DNA from: a virus
Strand: one strand, 5' to 3'
IMG/VR virus record: IMGVR_UViG_2585428088_000002
Span: 395-64,394 of that record
DNA: 64,000 nucleotides
Shown: one piece after another, positions 18,810 through 28,286 of the stretch
Layout: each line of letters begins with the position of its first letter
How positions within the stretch are numbered: the first letter of the stretch is position 1
Notes under the pieces: generated by a model
What the model was told of the DNA's origin: nothing
What the model saw: the letters and a program-made list of their open reading frames with translations, nothing else
Database searches by the model: none
Translations under genes and position numbers: made by a program

Positions 18810-19169
18810 ATGCCGAAACGTCCTAACACCCCGTGCAAGCATCCCTGTTGTGCAAGACTTATTCCTTATGGTTCGCAGTACTGTGAGGAACACGCACCGA
18901 TGCATCGTCAAGATGCGAAAGGCACAAAGGAAAAAGGATATAATAGTCGCTGGCGTGCGGTAAGAGCAAGGTTCTTAAAAGCACATCCATTGTGCGCAAA
19001 GTGCCTTGAGAACGGGCGACTTGAGAAAGCCACGGTGGTGGATCACATTGTTCCCCATCGAGGCGACCGCAAACTATTCTGGGATGAAAGCAACTGGCAA
19101 GCGCTTTGCAAGTCGTGTCACGATACAAAAACAATGACCGAGGACCGGTACCAGGAATTCAAGTACTAA
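18810..19169 (+). CDS. Phage HNH endonuclease (terminase-associated)
   Basis: MPKRP..PCKHP.C, HPLCAKC, VVDHIVPHRGD..LFWD..NWQALCK.CHD.KT. Confidence 0.9.
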   Translation: MPKRPNTPCKHPCCARLIPYGSQYCEEHAPMHRQDAKGTKEKGYNSRWRAVRARFLKAHPLCAKCLENGRLEKATVVDHIVPHRGDRKLFWDESNWQALCKSCHDTKTMTEDRYQEFKY

Positions 19170-19266
19170 CCCCCAGGGGCGGTCTGAATCTCTGTGAGCC
19201 GCCAGCGCCAAGACCGCCGCCCCCCTTCGCGTGAAAAATCGCAGAATTAACAAGGGGGGATACCCC
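19170..19266. other. Putative cos packaging region
   Basis: Directly after HNH gene; GC-rich GACCGCCGCCCCCC core near 19212-19225, then CGCGTGAAAAATCGC and GGGGGGATACCCC, as typical of HNH-linked cos phages. Confidence 0.5.
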
Positions 19267-19453
19267 AAAAGCCTTAGAATACCCTCGTAAATTCATAGGA
19301 AATAGCGAAAGTGACCTGAAATAAAGGTTTTCCCCTTTTATCTTCCTCGCCGCTTTCGTCAAATTATTACCCAAAAGACTGTAAAATACTTGCTCAAACG
19401 CAGGGTTTCACGGTCTTTTTTTATACAAAATTTTAGCGAAAGGATGTGAAGCA

Positions 19454-19936
19454 ATGACGGATTTCCAAACAAAGCAAATACGAGAACTGCGCATGAGAGG
19501 CGTCGGATACCGGGCCATTGCTTCGGTGGTCGGGCTTTCCCGTGATGTAGTTCGCAACTACTGCAAAAGTCACAGCCTATATGGCTATGCCACGGAGTTT
19601 ACCATGAATATGAAAGAACAGATGCAGCAGGGCAAAGCCTGTCTGTGCTGCGGCAAAGATATCAAGCAACCAAATACGGGTCGGAAGCGTAAGTTTTGCT
19701 CGGACAAATGCAGACGGGAATGGTGGGCAGCCCACCCAGATGTCGTGCAGAAAAAGGAAACGGCATTCTATAAAAAGGCTTGTATCTACTGCGGTAAACC
19801 CTTCACCGTTTACGGAAACAAGAACAGAAAATATTGCAGCTACGAATGTTATGTACATGACAGATTCTGGCGAGCGGAAGAGGGCAGAGAGACTTATGTA
19901 AGTCCTGCCCGGTGTGAGGAGGTAAATTATGAGTGA
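19454..19936 (+). CDS. HTH + C4 zinc-finger protein (paralog of 49554-50033)
   Basis: GYRAIASVVGLSRDVVRNYC; CLCCG...GRKRKFCSDKCR; CIYCG...RKYCS..C. Confidence 0.75.
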   Translation: MTDFQTKQIRELRMRGVGYRAIASVVGLSRDVVRNYCKSHSLYGYATEFTMNMKEQMQQGKACLCCGKDIKQPNTGRKRKFCSDKCRREWWAAHPDVVQKKETAFYKKACIYCGKPFTVYGNKNRKYCSYECYVHDRFWRAEEGRETYVSPARCEEVNYE

Positions 19937-21197
19937 AATGAATTGGCAATCACTGTCGGTGGATATTCTCCATCCGGCTGCATACAATCCCCGCAAGAAA
20001 CTGAAGGCGGGAGATAAGGAATACGAAAAAATCAAAAATTCCATTTTGGAGTTCGGATATGTGGAACCCATAATCGTCAATTACGATATGACGGTCATTG
20101 GCGGCCACCAAAGGCTGACAGTCTTGAAAGATCTGGGATATAGCGAGGTGCAGTCTGTTGTCGTGCATATCGAGGATGAGAACAAGGTCAAGGCTCTTAA
20201 CATTGCCCTCAATAAAATCACGGGAGCCTGGAACGAGCAGCTTCTTGCTGATCTTATCGTAGATTTGCAGACAGCAAACTTTAATGTGGATTTGACAGGC
20301 TTTGAGCTGCCTGAAATCGACCAGTTGTTTTCCAAGGTCCATAACAAGGAAATCAAGGAGGATGACTTCGATGTAGAAGCGGCTTTGAAAAAGCCTACCG
20401 TGACAAAGAGTGGTGACATTTGGCTTCTTGGAAAGCACCGACTCATCTGCGGCGATTCTACCTTGCCGGCAACCTACTCTGCTCTGATGGATGGTAGAAA
20501 AGCAAACCTTGTGGTTACCGACCCACCATACAACGTAAATGTTGAGGAAACAGCCGGAAAAATTAAAAACGATAATATGCCCGATGCAGACTTTTATAAA
20601 TTTCTCTTTTCAGCCTTCGTCAATATGGAGCAGAACATGGAGAATGACGCATCCATCTACATATTCCATGCAGATACCCAGGGGCTCAATTTCCGCAAAT
20701 CATTTACCGATGCCGGTTTCTATCTTTCCGGATGCTGCATTTGGAAGAAAAATGCATTGGTTCTTGGACGGTCCCCATACCAGTGGCAGCATGAGCCCTG
20801 TTTGTTTGGATGGAAGAGAGGCGGCAAGCATCAGTGGTATTCCGACCGAAAGCAGACTACCATATGGGAATATGACAGACCGAAGGCCTCAAAAGAGCAT
20901 CCGACGATGAAGCCCGTGGCTTTGATGGCTTATCCTATTCAAAACTCATGCATGAGCAATTGTATCGTGCTTGACCCCTTCCTTGGCAGCGGCTCTACGA
21001 TGATCGCCTGCGAGCAGACGGGACGTATCTGCTACGGCATTGAGTTGGATGAGAAGTTTGCGGATGTTATTGTTAACCGCTTTGTGGAACAGACCGGAAA
21101 CAGTGAAAGTGTGTTTTTACTGCGTGATGGATCTCAAATCCCTTATGATAAGGTTCCACGCCCGGCAGCGGACACAACAGAAAATATAGAAATATGA
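19929..21197 (+). CDS. ParB-like domain + N4/N6 DNA methyltransferase (orphan)
   Basis: PAAYNPRK, IGGHQRL; VVTDPPYN, HPTMKPV, VLDPFLGSGST. Confidence 0.9.
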   Translation: MSEMNWQSLSVDILHPAAYNPRKKLKAGDKEYEKIKNSILEFGYVEPIIVNYDMTVIGGHQRLTVLKDLGYSEVQSVVVHIEDENKVKALNIALNKITGAWNEQLLADLIVDLQTANFNVDLTGFELPEIDQLFSKVHNKEIKEDDFDVEAALKKPTVTKSGDIWLLGKHRLICGDSTLPATYSALMDGRKANLVVTDPPYNVNVEETAGKIKNDNMPDADFYKFLFSAFVNMEQNMENDASIYIFHADTQGLNFRKSFTDAGFYLSGCCIWKKNALVLGRSPYQWQHEPCLFGWKRGGKHQWYSDRKQTTIWEYDRPKASKEHPTMKPVALMAYPIQNSCMSNCIVLDPFLGSGSTMIACEQTGRICYGIELDEKFADVIVNRFVEQTGNSESVFLLRDGSQIPYDKVPRPAADTTENIEI

Positions 21198-21210
21198 GGT
21201 CTGGATTGTC

Positions 21211-21263
21211 TTGACTTATGTGCCTTTCAGAGTGATGTATGTAGTACCAAAAAATAAAGGAGG
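21211..21263 (+). promoter_or_regulatory. Repeated promoter-like motif, copy A
   Basis: TTGACTTATGTGCCTTTCAGAGTGATGTATGTAGTACC..AAAGGAGG; relatives at 22431, 43670, 49490. Confidence 0.6.
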
Positions 21264-21271
21264 TTCAGCAC

Positions 21272-22045
21272 ATGATTATCAAGACAAATACGGATAACCG
21301 AAAAGCACTGGTCAAGGCAATCAGCGAGTTCACGGGCGAGGAGCAAAGCTACCTCGGCCTGCCAAGCTATGCATATCGAGTCGGCGAATTCATCATTGAC
21401 CGCGACGGTGGGATAACCTGTGAAACCGATGATGGTTATAAGAAGTTGAAAGAGCATTTAATAGAACTTGGCTATCTTGAGTCTGAAGTTGAAGAATTGA
21501 ATATCAGCATTCCCGCCGACGGAATGGATATGAACGCCCTTCGCAACCTGGTCTTTATGCTTCACAGCAAGCAATACCTTTTGAACCGGGTGGTGGGGCG
21601 CAACAGTTTTTCTGTCAGCGAGGACTTGATTAAAGCGCTTGAAACGAACCTGCCCGAAACTAAAGAAGCGTTACTCGCTCTCTGTGGGGCGGACAGCTAT
21701 GAAGCAACAATCCATGGCATGACTTTTGACGAGGAGACGGTTACCTTCGCATTTCCTTTTTCGGACAACCCCGACAAGAACAGAGCTTATGCGGAACTGG
21801 CAGCCTTCATGGTGGCACAGGCAAGGGAGGCCAAGCGGGTAAGCGCTAAGGAACAGAAACCTGAAAACGAAAAATACTACCTTCGCAGTTGGCTTCTGCG
21901 TTTGGGACTTGCGGGCGAAGGCGGCAAGGCTTCAAGAAAAGCGCTTCTTACGGGCCTCAAGGGCCACACAGCCTTCAGAACTACCGCCGATGAGGAGAAG
22001 CATAAAGCTCGTCTGCTTGCGGAAAAGGCGCGCATGCAGGAATAG
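21272..22045 (+). CDS. Conserved phage hypothetical protein (often labelled virulence-associated)
   Basis: RK.LVKAI, Y.G.PSYAY..G, ENEKYYLR.WLLRLG..G...K..RK.LL..L.G..AFRT. Confidence 0.65.
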   Translation: MIIKTNTDNRKALVKAISEFTGEEQSYLGLPSYAYRVGEFIIDRDGGITCETDDGYKKLKEHLIELGYLESEVEELNISIPADGMDMNALRNLVFMLHSKQYLLNRVVGRNSFSVSEDLIKALETNLPETKEALLALCGADSYEATIHGMTFDEETVTFAFPFSDNPDKNRAYAELAAFMVAQAREAKRVSAKEQKPENEKYYLRSWLLRLGLAGEGGKASRKALLTGLKGHTAFRTTADEEKHKARLLAEKARMQE

Positions 22046-22057
22046 GAGGATTCAATA

Positions 22058-22369
22058 ATGAAAGCACTTTTCGGAAGAAAAATGGTCGATATCGAAGAAC
22101 TAAGGGATGCAACCAGAAAGGCTAAAAAAGAAGGATTTGTTGGATCGGCTTATAAGGTTACTAAAGAGGTCGCACTTAGTGACATCGATTTTAAAGAATT
22201 TACAAAGGACTTTCTTAAGGACCAGCCTTGGATTGATAAAGCCGATGGCGGTTCAAATCCAAGCGGTGAAATCCGGTGTATTAGAGTGCTCAACCTTCAA
22301 ACGGGAGCGAGTATTTTGGTAAACAGCGAGGGTTACAATTATCCGCGGTATACAGCAATAGAAGAATAA
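22058..22369 (+). CDS. DUF6329-like hypothetical protein
   Basis: F.RK N-terminus and C-terminal ILVNSEGYNYPRY motif. Confidence 0.55.
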   Translation: MKALFGRKMVDIEELRDATRKAKKEGFVGSAYKVTKEVALSDIDFKEFTKDFLKDQPWIDKADGGSNPSGEIRCIRVLNLQTGASILVNSEGYNYPRYTAIEE

Positions 22370-22430
22370 GAGAAGCAAACTGCATACGGTTTTCAGCCTG
22401 AAAAATAGTTGTGTTTATTCAAAAATAGTA

Positions 22431-22470
22431 CTGGATATTATGTGCTTTTAGAGTGATATATAGTACTACC
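22431..22470 (+). promoter_or_regulatory. Repeated promoter-like motif, copy B
   Basis: CTGGATATTATGTGCTTTTAGAGTGATATATAGTACTACC upstream of the amidoligase gene. Confidence 0.6.
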
Positions 22471-22509
22471 AGAAGGAAAGAAACACACATTTTGAAAGGG
22501 TGAAAACAG

Positions 22510-23403
22510 ATGAAAACGCAGAATTTCGGGATTGAAATCGAAATGACAGGCATCACGAGAGAGCAAGCGGCCAAGGTTATAGCAGTCTACTTCCAAACAG
22601 GCGAAACCAATTACGTTGGCGGCACCTACCGCACCTACGAAGCCAAAGACACCAAGGGCAGAGCATGGAAAGCCATGTACGACTCAAGCATTGTTGCCGA
22701 GAAGAAGGTCGGCGGTTCAATAACCTCCGCAGGCGATGAATACAAGACCGAGGTGGTCAGCCCCATCTTGACCTACGATGACATTGCGGATTTACAGGAA
22801 CTGGTCAGACAGCTTCGGCACAAGGGCGCGATTGTGAACACCTCCTGCGGAATCCATGTTCATGTCGGGGCAGAGAGATTCACACCGCAGACCATCCGGA
22901 ATATCGTCAACATCATCGCAAGCAAGGAGGACATCCTTTACAAAGCCCTTCAGATAGACCCAAGACGCCTTCGTTACTGCAAAAAGACCAACGAGGAACT
23001 GCTTGAAACCATCAACCGCAGGAAGCCCCAGACAATGGCGCAGCTTGCGGACATCTGGTACGCAGAAGACCCTTATGGCAGAGACCGCCATTACAACAAC
23101 ACCCGCTATCACGGCTTGAACCTCCATGCCACCTTTACCAAAGGCACGGTCGAGTTCAGACTTTTCAACTCCACCACCCACGCAGGAGAGATTAGAGCCT
23201 ACATACAGTTCTGCCTGGCGGTTTGCCACCAAGCCTTGAAACAGAAGAAGGCTTCCGCAAGAAGAACGGTCACCGATAACGAAAAGTACGCCTTCCGATG
23301 CTGGATGCTCCGCTTGGGACTTATCGGGGGCGAGTTCAAGACCTGCAGATTGCACTTCCTCAAGCACCTTGAAGGCAACTCGGCTTGGAGACAGGTTGCT
23401 TGA
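22510..23403 (+). CDS. Putative amidoligase (Amidoligase_2 family)
   Basis: FGIEIE, W...DSSI, EVVSPIL, SCGIHVHVG, RYHGLNL, TVEFRLFNST. Confidence 0.88.
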   Translation: MKTQNFGIEIEMTGITREQAAKVIAVYFQTGETNYVGGTYRTYEAKDTKGRAWKAMYDSSIVAEKKVGGSITSAGDEYKTEVVSPILTYDDIADLQELVRQLRHKGAIVNTSCGIHVHVGAERFTPQTIRNIVNIIASKEDILYKALQIDPRRLRYCKKTNEELLETINRRKPQTMAQLADIWYAEDPYGRDRHYNNTRYHGLNLHATFTKGTVEFRLFNSTTHAGEIRAYIQFCLAVCHQALKQKKASARRTVTDNEKYAFRCWMLRLGLIGGEFKTCRLHFLKHLEGNSAWRQVA

Positions 23404-23492
23404 AGGAATTAGCCACAGGCACACCAAGGGCGGCGCGACCGCCCTTTAGGTGGTGAAAGGAAAAATGACTTTCGGAAAGGGTGGATTGAATC

Positions 23493-23951
23493 ATGAAAAC
23501 AAAACTCTACATCGCATACGGCAGCAATATGGATATACGCCAGATGGCTTTCCGCTGTCCAACGGCGAAACTCATATGCACATCGGAAGTGGATGGCTAC
23601 CGGCTGCTCTTTAGGGGTTCGCAGACAGGGGCTTACGCCACTATTGAAAAGGCGAATGGCTACAAGGTTCCGGTTATCGTCTGGGAAATCGGCGAGACAG
23701 ATGAAATGAACCTTGACCGCTATGAGGGTTTTCCAGCATTTTATTACAAGAAAGACCTGACCGTTTCTGTAAATGGCAAGTTGGAAAAAGCCATGGCCTA
23801 CATCATGGATGAACGCAGATCCCTTGGCGAGCCCAGCTACCGATACTACAAGGTGATCGAGGACGCCTACTCCGAGTTCCACTTGGATATAAACATTCTG
23901 GAAAAGGCCCTTGAGGACACCATTGCGGAGGGGGACGGCGATGTTTATTAA
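23493..23951 (+). CDS. Gamma-glutamylcyclotransferase family protein
   Basis: LYIAYGSNM...QM..RCP, LDRYEG.P. Confidence 0.88.
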   Translation: MKTKLYIAYGSNMDIRQMAFRCPTAKLICTSEVDGYRLLFRGSQTGAYATIEKANGYKVPVIVWEIGETDEMNLDRYEGFPAFYYKKDLTVSVNGKLEKAMAYIMDERRSLGEPSYRYYKVIEDAYSEFHLDINILEKALEDTIAEGDGDVY

Positions 23952-24162
23952 GAGAGAAATAGTCGAACGTCTACGCAAACAATACCCCGCTGGCACCAGA
24001 GTGGAACTTATCCGTATGGAGGATGAACAAGCGCCGCCCATCGGTACTCGAGGCACGGTGGTTGGTGTGGACGATATTGGAAGCATAATGGTCGCTTGGG
24101 ATAGCGGCGGCAGCCTGAACGTGGTCTACGGTGAGGATTGTTGTCGAAAGATCGATAAATAA
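23941..24162 (+). CDS. DUF4314 domain protein
   Basis: YP.GTRVEL..M.D..APP.GT.GTV..VDD.G...V.WD.G..L. Confidence 0.85.
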   Translation: MFIKREIVERLRKQYPAGTRVELIRMEDEQAPPIGTRGTVVGVDDIGSIMVAWDSGGSLNVVYGEDCCRKIDK

Positions 24163-24181
24163 CGCTGTCCCTATTATCTAG

Positions 24182-24208
24182 AAAAGACTTCTTCGGAGGT
24201 CTTTTTTT
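24182..24208 (+). terminator. Intrinsic terminator with cUUCGg loop immediately upstream of terS
   Basis: AAAAGACTTC-TTCG-GAGGTCTTTTTTT. Confidence 0.7.
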
Positions 24209-24243
24209 CATGCCATTAAAGCCAATGAGAGGAGGTGGGACTT

Positions 24244-24714
24244 ATGGCACAGAGAGGAAGAAAACCAAAACCTACCGCCCTTAAGGAGCTGGAAGGAAAC
24301 CCTGGCGGCCGGCAGCTGAACCAAAATGAGCCAAAACCCAATAAAAAAGCCCCACGCTGCCCTTCCTGGCTTGAAGAGGAAGCCAAAAAAGAATGGAAGC
24401 GCATGGGCAAGATTTTAGAACGGATAGGGCTTCTGACCGAAATGGATATGGCGGCCTTTGCGGGTTACTGCCAGGCGTATGCCCGTTGGAAGGAAGCCGA
24501 GGAATTCATCACCCAGCACGGCGCGATGATCCGCACCCCAAACGGCTATCTGCAACAGGTGCCACAGGTATCCATTGCCCAGACCAACCTGAAAATCATG
24601 CTAAAGTTCTGTGAACAGTTCGGTCTGACACCGTCGGCAAGGAGCCGGATCATAGCTGGTGAAGGTTCTCTTGACCCAACCGATGAGATGGAACAACTGC
24701 TTGAAGGTAGTTAA
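24244..24714 (+). CDS. terS: Terminase small subunit, P27 family
   Basis: GRKPKPTALK.LEGNPG.R.LN, AAFAGYCQAYARW, FGLTPSARSRI. Confidence 0.92.
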   Translation: MAQRGRKPKPTALKELEGNPGGRQLNQNEPKPNKKAPRCPSWLEEEAKKEWKRMGKILERIGLLTEMDMAAFAGYCQAYARWKEAEEFITQHGAMIRTPNGYLQQVPQVSIAQTNLKIMLKFCEQFGLTPSARSRIIAGEGSLDPTDEMEQLLEGS

Positions 24715-26309
24715 TGATGCCATACCAATACACACCTTCACCTTTCATGCTTGAGACTTCCCGCTACGATAAGGCGAAAGCAGACCGAGCGGTTGCCTTT
24801 ATTGAAAACCTCCGCCACACCAAAGGGAAGTGGGCGGGAAAGAAATTTCTGCTGCTGCCCTGGCAGGAACAGATTGTCCGGGATCTATTCGGGATTGTCG
24901 GAGAGAATGGCAAACGGCAGTTTCTTACCGCCTATATTGAGATACCGAAAAAACAGGGCAAGTCGGAACTCGCAGCCGCCATTGCCCTTTACCTTTTATA
25001 TGCCGACAACGAACATAGTGCCGAGGTATACGGTGCCGCTTGTGACAGGTCGCAGGCTTCCATCGTGTTCGATGTGGCCAAGCAGATGGTGCAAATGTCA
25101 CCGGCTCTTTTGAAGCGGTCGAAGATTACCGCCGCCACCAAGCGGATTGTAAACTATTCCAATGCAGGATTCTACCAGGTGCTTTCGGCAGAGACCGGAA
25201 CCAAGCACGGGCTTAACGTATCCGGCCTTGTCTTTGACGAAATCCACGCCCAACCGAACCGCAAACTGTATGATGTTCTGACCAAAGGCTCCGGGGATGC
25301 CCGTGAACAACCGTTGTTCTTCATTATCACCACAGCTGGTTCGGACAAAAACAGCATCTGCTATGAGTTGCATGCCAAAGCTATGGACCTCAAGACTGGC
25401 CGAAAACAGGACAACACCTTTTATCCTGTTGTATATGGGCTGACCGAACAGGACGATTGGAATGATGAAGCCAACTGGTACAAGGCAAACCCGTCTCTCG
25501 GACACACCATCTCCATTGACCGTGTCCGTGAAGCGTATAAGAACGCGCTGGAAAACCCTGCGGAGGAGAAGGTGTTCAAGCAGCTCCGCCTTAACATTTG
25601 GACCTCGGCAACGGTGTGCTGGATACCGGAGCACATCTACGAGCGGGGCAATCTTCTCATTGATATCGATGACCTTAACGGCAGAGAATGTTATGGAGGG
25701 CTTGACCTATCCAGCACATCGGATATCACCGCTTTCGTCCTGGTGTTCCCGCCGCGCATGGAGGATGAGAAGTACATAGTGCTTCCATTCTTCTGGTTGC
25801 CGGAGGATACTTTGGAACTGAGGTGCCGCCGTGACCATGTGCTTTACGATGTGTGGAAGCTTCAAGGCTACCTCCAAACCACCGAAGGCAATGTCGTCCA
25901 CTATGGTTTTATTGAGAAGTTCATAGAGGGATTGGGAGAAAAATACCACATCAAGGAAATTGCCTTTGACCGTTGGAATGCCACGCAGATGGTGCAGAAT
26001 CTTGAGGGCATGGGATTTACGGTCGTACCTTTTGGCCAGGGCTATAAGGATATGTCCCCGCCGAGCAAAGAACTCTACAAACTGCTGATGGCGGGTAATA
26101 TCAAGCACGGCGGCAACCCTGTTCTAAAGTGGATGGCGCAAAACGTGGTTATGCGTCAGGACCCTGCCGGAAACATCAAGCCGGACAAGGAAAAGTCTGT
26201 AGAAAAGATAGACGGCATTGTCGCCACCATTATGGCGATTGACCGTTGCATTAGAAATAAAAGCGATGATTCCAGCGTGTATGACGAGAGAGGTATTTTG
26301 TTTCTATAA
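24714..26309 (+). CDS. terL: Terminase large subunit
   Basis: LLPWQ, IPKKQGKSE (Walker A), LVFDEIH (Walker B), GGLDLS, KIDGIVA..MA. Confidence 0.95.
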   Translation: MMPYQYTPSPFMLETSRYDKAKADRAVAFIENLRHTKGKWAGKKFLLLPWQEQIVRDLFGIVGENGKRQFLTAYIEIPKKQGKSELAAAIALYLLYADNEHSAEVYGAACDRSQASIVFDVAKQMVQMSPALLKRSKITAATKRIVNYSNAGFYQVLSAETGTKHGLNVSGLVFDEIHAQPNRKLYDVLTKGSGDAREQPLFFIITTAGSDKNSICYELHAKAMDLKTGRKQDNTFYPVVYGLTEQDDWNDEANWYKANPSLGHTISIDRVREAYKNALENPAEEKVFKQLRLNIWTSATVCWIPEHIYERGNLLIDIDDLNGRECYGGLDLSSTSDITAFVLVFPPRMEDEKYIVLPFFWLPEDTLELRCRRDHVLYDVWKLQGYLQTTEGNVVHYGFIEKFIEGLGEKYHIKEIAFDRWNATQMVQNLEGMGFTVVPFGQGYKDMSPPSKELYKLLMAGNIKHGGNPVLKWMAQNVVMRQDPAGNIKPDKEKSVEKIDGIVATIMAIDRCIRNKSDDSSVYDERGILFL

Positions 26310-26338
26310 TTTATTACGCCTATGGTCGGAGGTGACTC

Positions 26339-27577
26339 ATGAAAATACCATTTTTATCAAGAATATTTCAAACGCGGGCCAGCCCGAAAAACAGCTTCTG
26401 GGGCAGTGCCTACAGTTTTTTCTTCGGCACAAGCTCCAGCGGCAAGGCGGTCAATGAGCGGACGGCGCTACAGACAACAGCGGTCTATGCCTGCGTCAGG
26501 ATACTGGCCGAAACCATAGCTTCGCTGCCAACGCACACCTACCGGTATGCACCCAATGGCAAAGAAAAGGCAACAGATCATCCCATATACTACCTGCTCC
26601 ATAGCGAGCCAAATCCGGAGATGACTTCATTTGTGTTTCGAGAAACACTGATGGGTCATCTTTTATTATGGGGCAATGCCTATGCCCAGATCATCCGCGA
26701 TGGGCGGGGCAAAGCAGTAGCCTTGTACCCGCTCTTGCCCAATAAAATGACCGTCAACCGGACAGATCAGGGTATTCTGTACTACCAATATGAAAAAGAC
26801 GGACAATCCTATTTCCTTAGGAATTACGAAGTTCTCCACATTCCCGGCCTTGGCTTTGACGGCCTGATCGGGTATTCGCCCATTGCCATGGCCAAAAACG
26901 CCATCGGTATGGCAATCGCCACAGAGGAATATGGGGCTAAGTTCTTCGCCAACGGAGCGAATCCCGGTGGTGTCTTAGAGCATCCAGGGGTAGTCAAAGA
27001 TCCGGCGCGAATCAGGGAAAGCTGGAACGCCGTGTACCAGGGCAGCGGCAACGCTCACCGGGTAGCGGTGCTGGAAGAAGGCATGAAGTTTCAAAGCATC
27101 GGCATACCGCCGGAGCAAGCGCAATTTCTGGAGACTCGCAAGTTCCAACTGAACGAAATCGCCCGCATTTTTCGCATTCCGCCGCACATGATCGGCGACC
27201 TGGAGAAATCCAGCTTTTCCAACATTGAGCAGCAGTCGCTGGAGTTTGTCATGTATACCCTGGACCCATGGGTGGTACGTTGGGAGCAGGCCTTGCAACG
27301 AGCCTTGTTTAGTGAAAGTGAAAAGCGGCAGTACTTCGTAAAATTCAACGTGGATGGGCTGCTACGGGGCGACTACCAGAGCCGGATGAACGGTTACGCT
27401 GTTGGTCGGCAAAATGGCTGGCTGTCCAGCAATGATATCCGCGAACTGGAAAATCTCAACCGGATACCGGCTGAACTTGGCGGAGACTTATATCTCATCA
27501 ACGGCAATATGACCAAGCTTGCCGACGCAGGAGCTTTTGCCAAAAACAATACGAAGGGAATGGAGGGAAGCAAATGA
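26339..27577 (+). CDS. Portal protein, HK97 family
   Basis: AVYACVRILAETIASLP, LWGNAY, HIPGLGFDGLIGYSP, IARIFRIPPHMIG. Confidence 0.95.
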   Translation: MKIPFLSRIFQTRASPKNSFWGSAYSFFFGTSSSGKAVNERTALQTTAVYACVRILAETIASLPTHTYRYAPNGKEKATDHPIYYLLHSEPNPEMTSFVFRETLMGHLLLWGNAYAQIIRDGRGKAVALYPLLPNKMTVNRTDQGILYYQYEKDGQSYFLRNYEVLHIPGLGFDGLIGYSPIAMAKNAIGMAIATEEYGAKFFANGANPGGVLEHPGVVKDPARIRESWNAVYQGSGNAHRVAVLEEGMKFQSIGIPPEQAQFLETRKFQLNEIARIFRIPPHMIGDLEKSSFSNIEQQSLEFVMYTLDPWVVRWEQALQRALFSESEKRQYFVKFNVDGLLRGDYQSRMNGYAVGRQNGWLSSNDIRELENLNRIPAELGGDLYLINGNMTKLADAGAFAKNNTKGMEGSK

Positions 27578-28266
27578 AGAAATTTTGGAACTGGGTGAAG
27601 AACGAAGAAGGACGCACCCTGTACTTTGACGGCTACATCGCCCAGGACAGCTGGTTTGACGATGACATCACCCCGAAAAAATTCAAGGCCGAGCTTACAG
27701 CAGCCACCGGCGACATTGCGGTTTGGCTCAATTCTCCGGGCGGCGATGTCTTTGCGGCCAGCCAGATCTATACCATGCTCAAGGAATATGAGGGCAAGGT
27801 TACGGTCAAAATCGACGGAATCGCTGCCAGCGCTGCTTCCGTGATTGCTATGGCCGGTGATGAAATTGTGATGTCGCCGGTGGCCATGATGATGATCCAT
27901 AATCCGGCTACCGTTATTTTTGGCGAAGCCGCGGATCTCCAAAGCGGCATCAAGATGCTTAGCGAGGTCAAGGAAAGCATCGTCAACGCCTATGAGGCGA
28001 GAACAGGACTGCCAAGAGCAAAAATATCGAACATGATGGATGCGGAAACCTGGTTCAGCGCGCAAAAAGCGGTGGAACTAGGCTTTGCCGATCAAATCCT
28101 CTACGCGCCTGAAAACACAGATGCATCAGAGGGTTTTATTTTTGACAAAATGACCGTCACCAACGCTTTTTTACGAAAGCTTCCGAAGGTAAAACCGGAG
28201 CATCCGATTACGCAGGCGGGGACGACGCATAAAGAACTGCTGACAAGGCTGGAACTTTTGAAATAA
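27574..28266 (+). CDS. ClpP-type prohead maturation protease
   Basis: NSPGGDV, DGIAASAAS, MMIHN, ETW..A..AVELGFAD. Confidence 0.92.
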   Translation: MKKFWNWVKNEEGRTLYFDGYIAQDSWFDDDITPKKFKAELTAATGDIAVWLNSPGGDVFAASQIYTMLKEYEGKVTVKIDGIAASAASVIAMAGDEIVMSPVAMMMIHNPATVIFGEAADLQSGIKMLSEVKESIVNAYEARTGLPRAKISNMMDAETWFSAQKAVELGFADQILYAPENTDASEGFIFDKMTVTNAFLRKLPKVKPEHPITQAGTTHKELLTRLELLK

Positions 28267-28286
28267 CAAAACGGGAGGAATAAATC

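Noticed and set aside
19454-19936. Phage-encoded sigma factor
   Set aside because: Only a short HTH plus Cys clusters are present; sigma region 2 is not recognisable.
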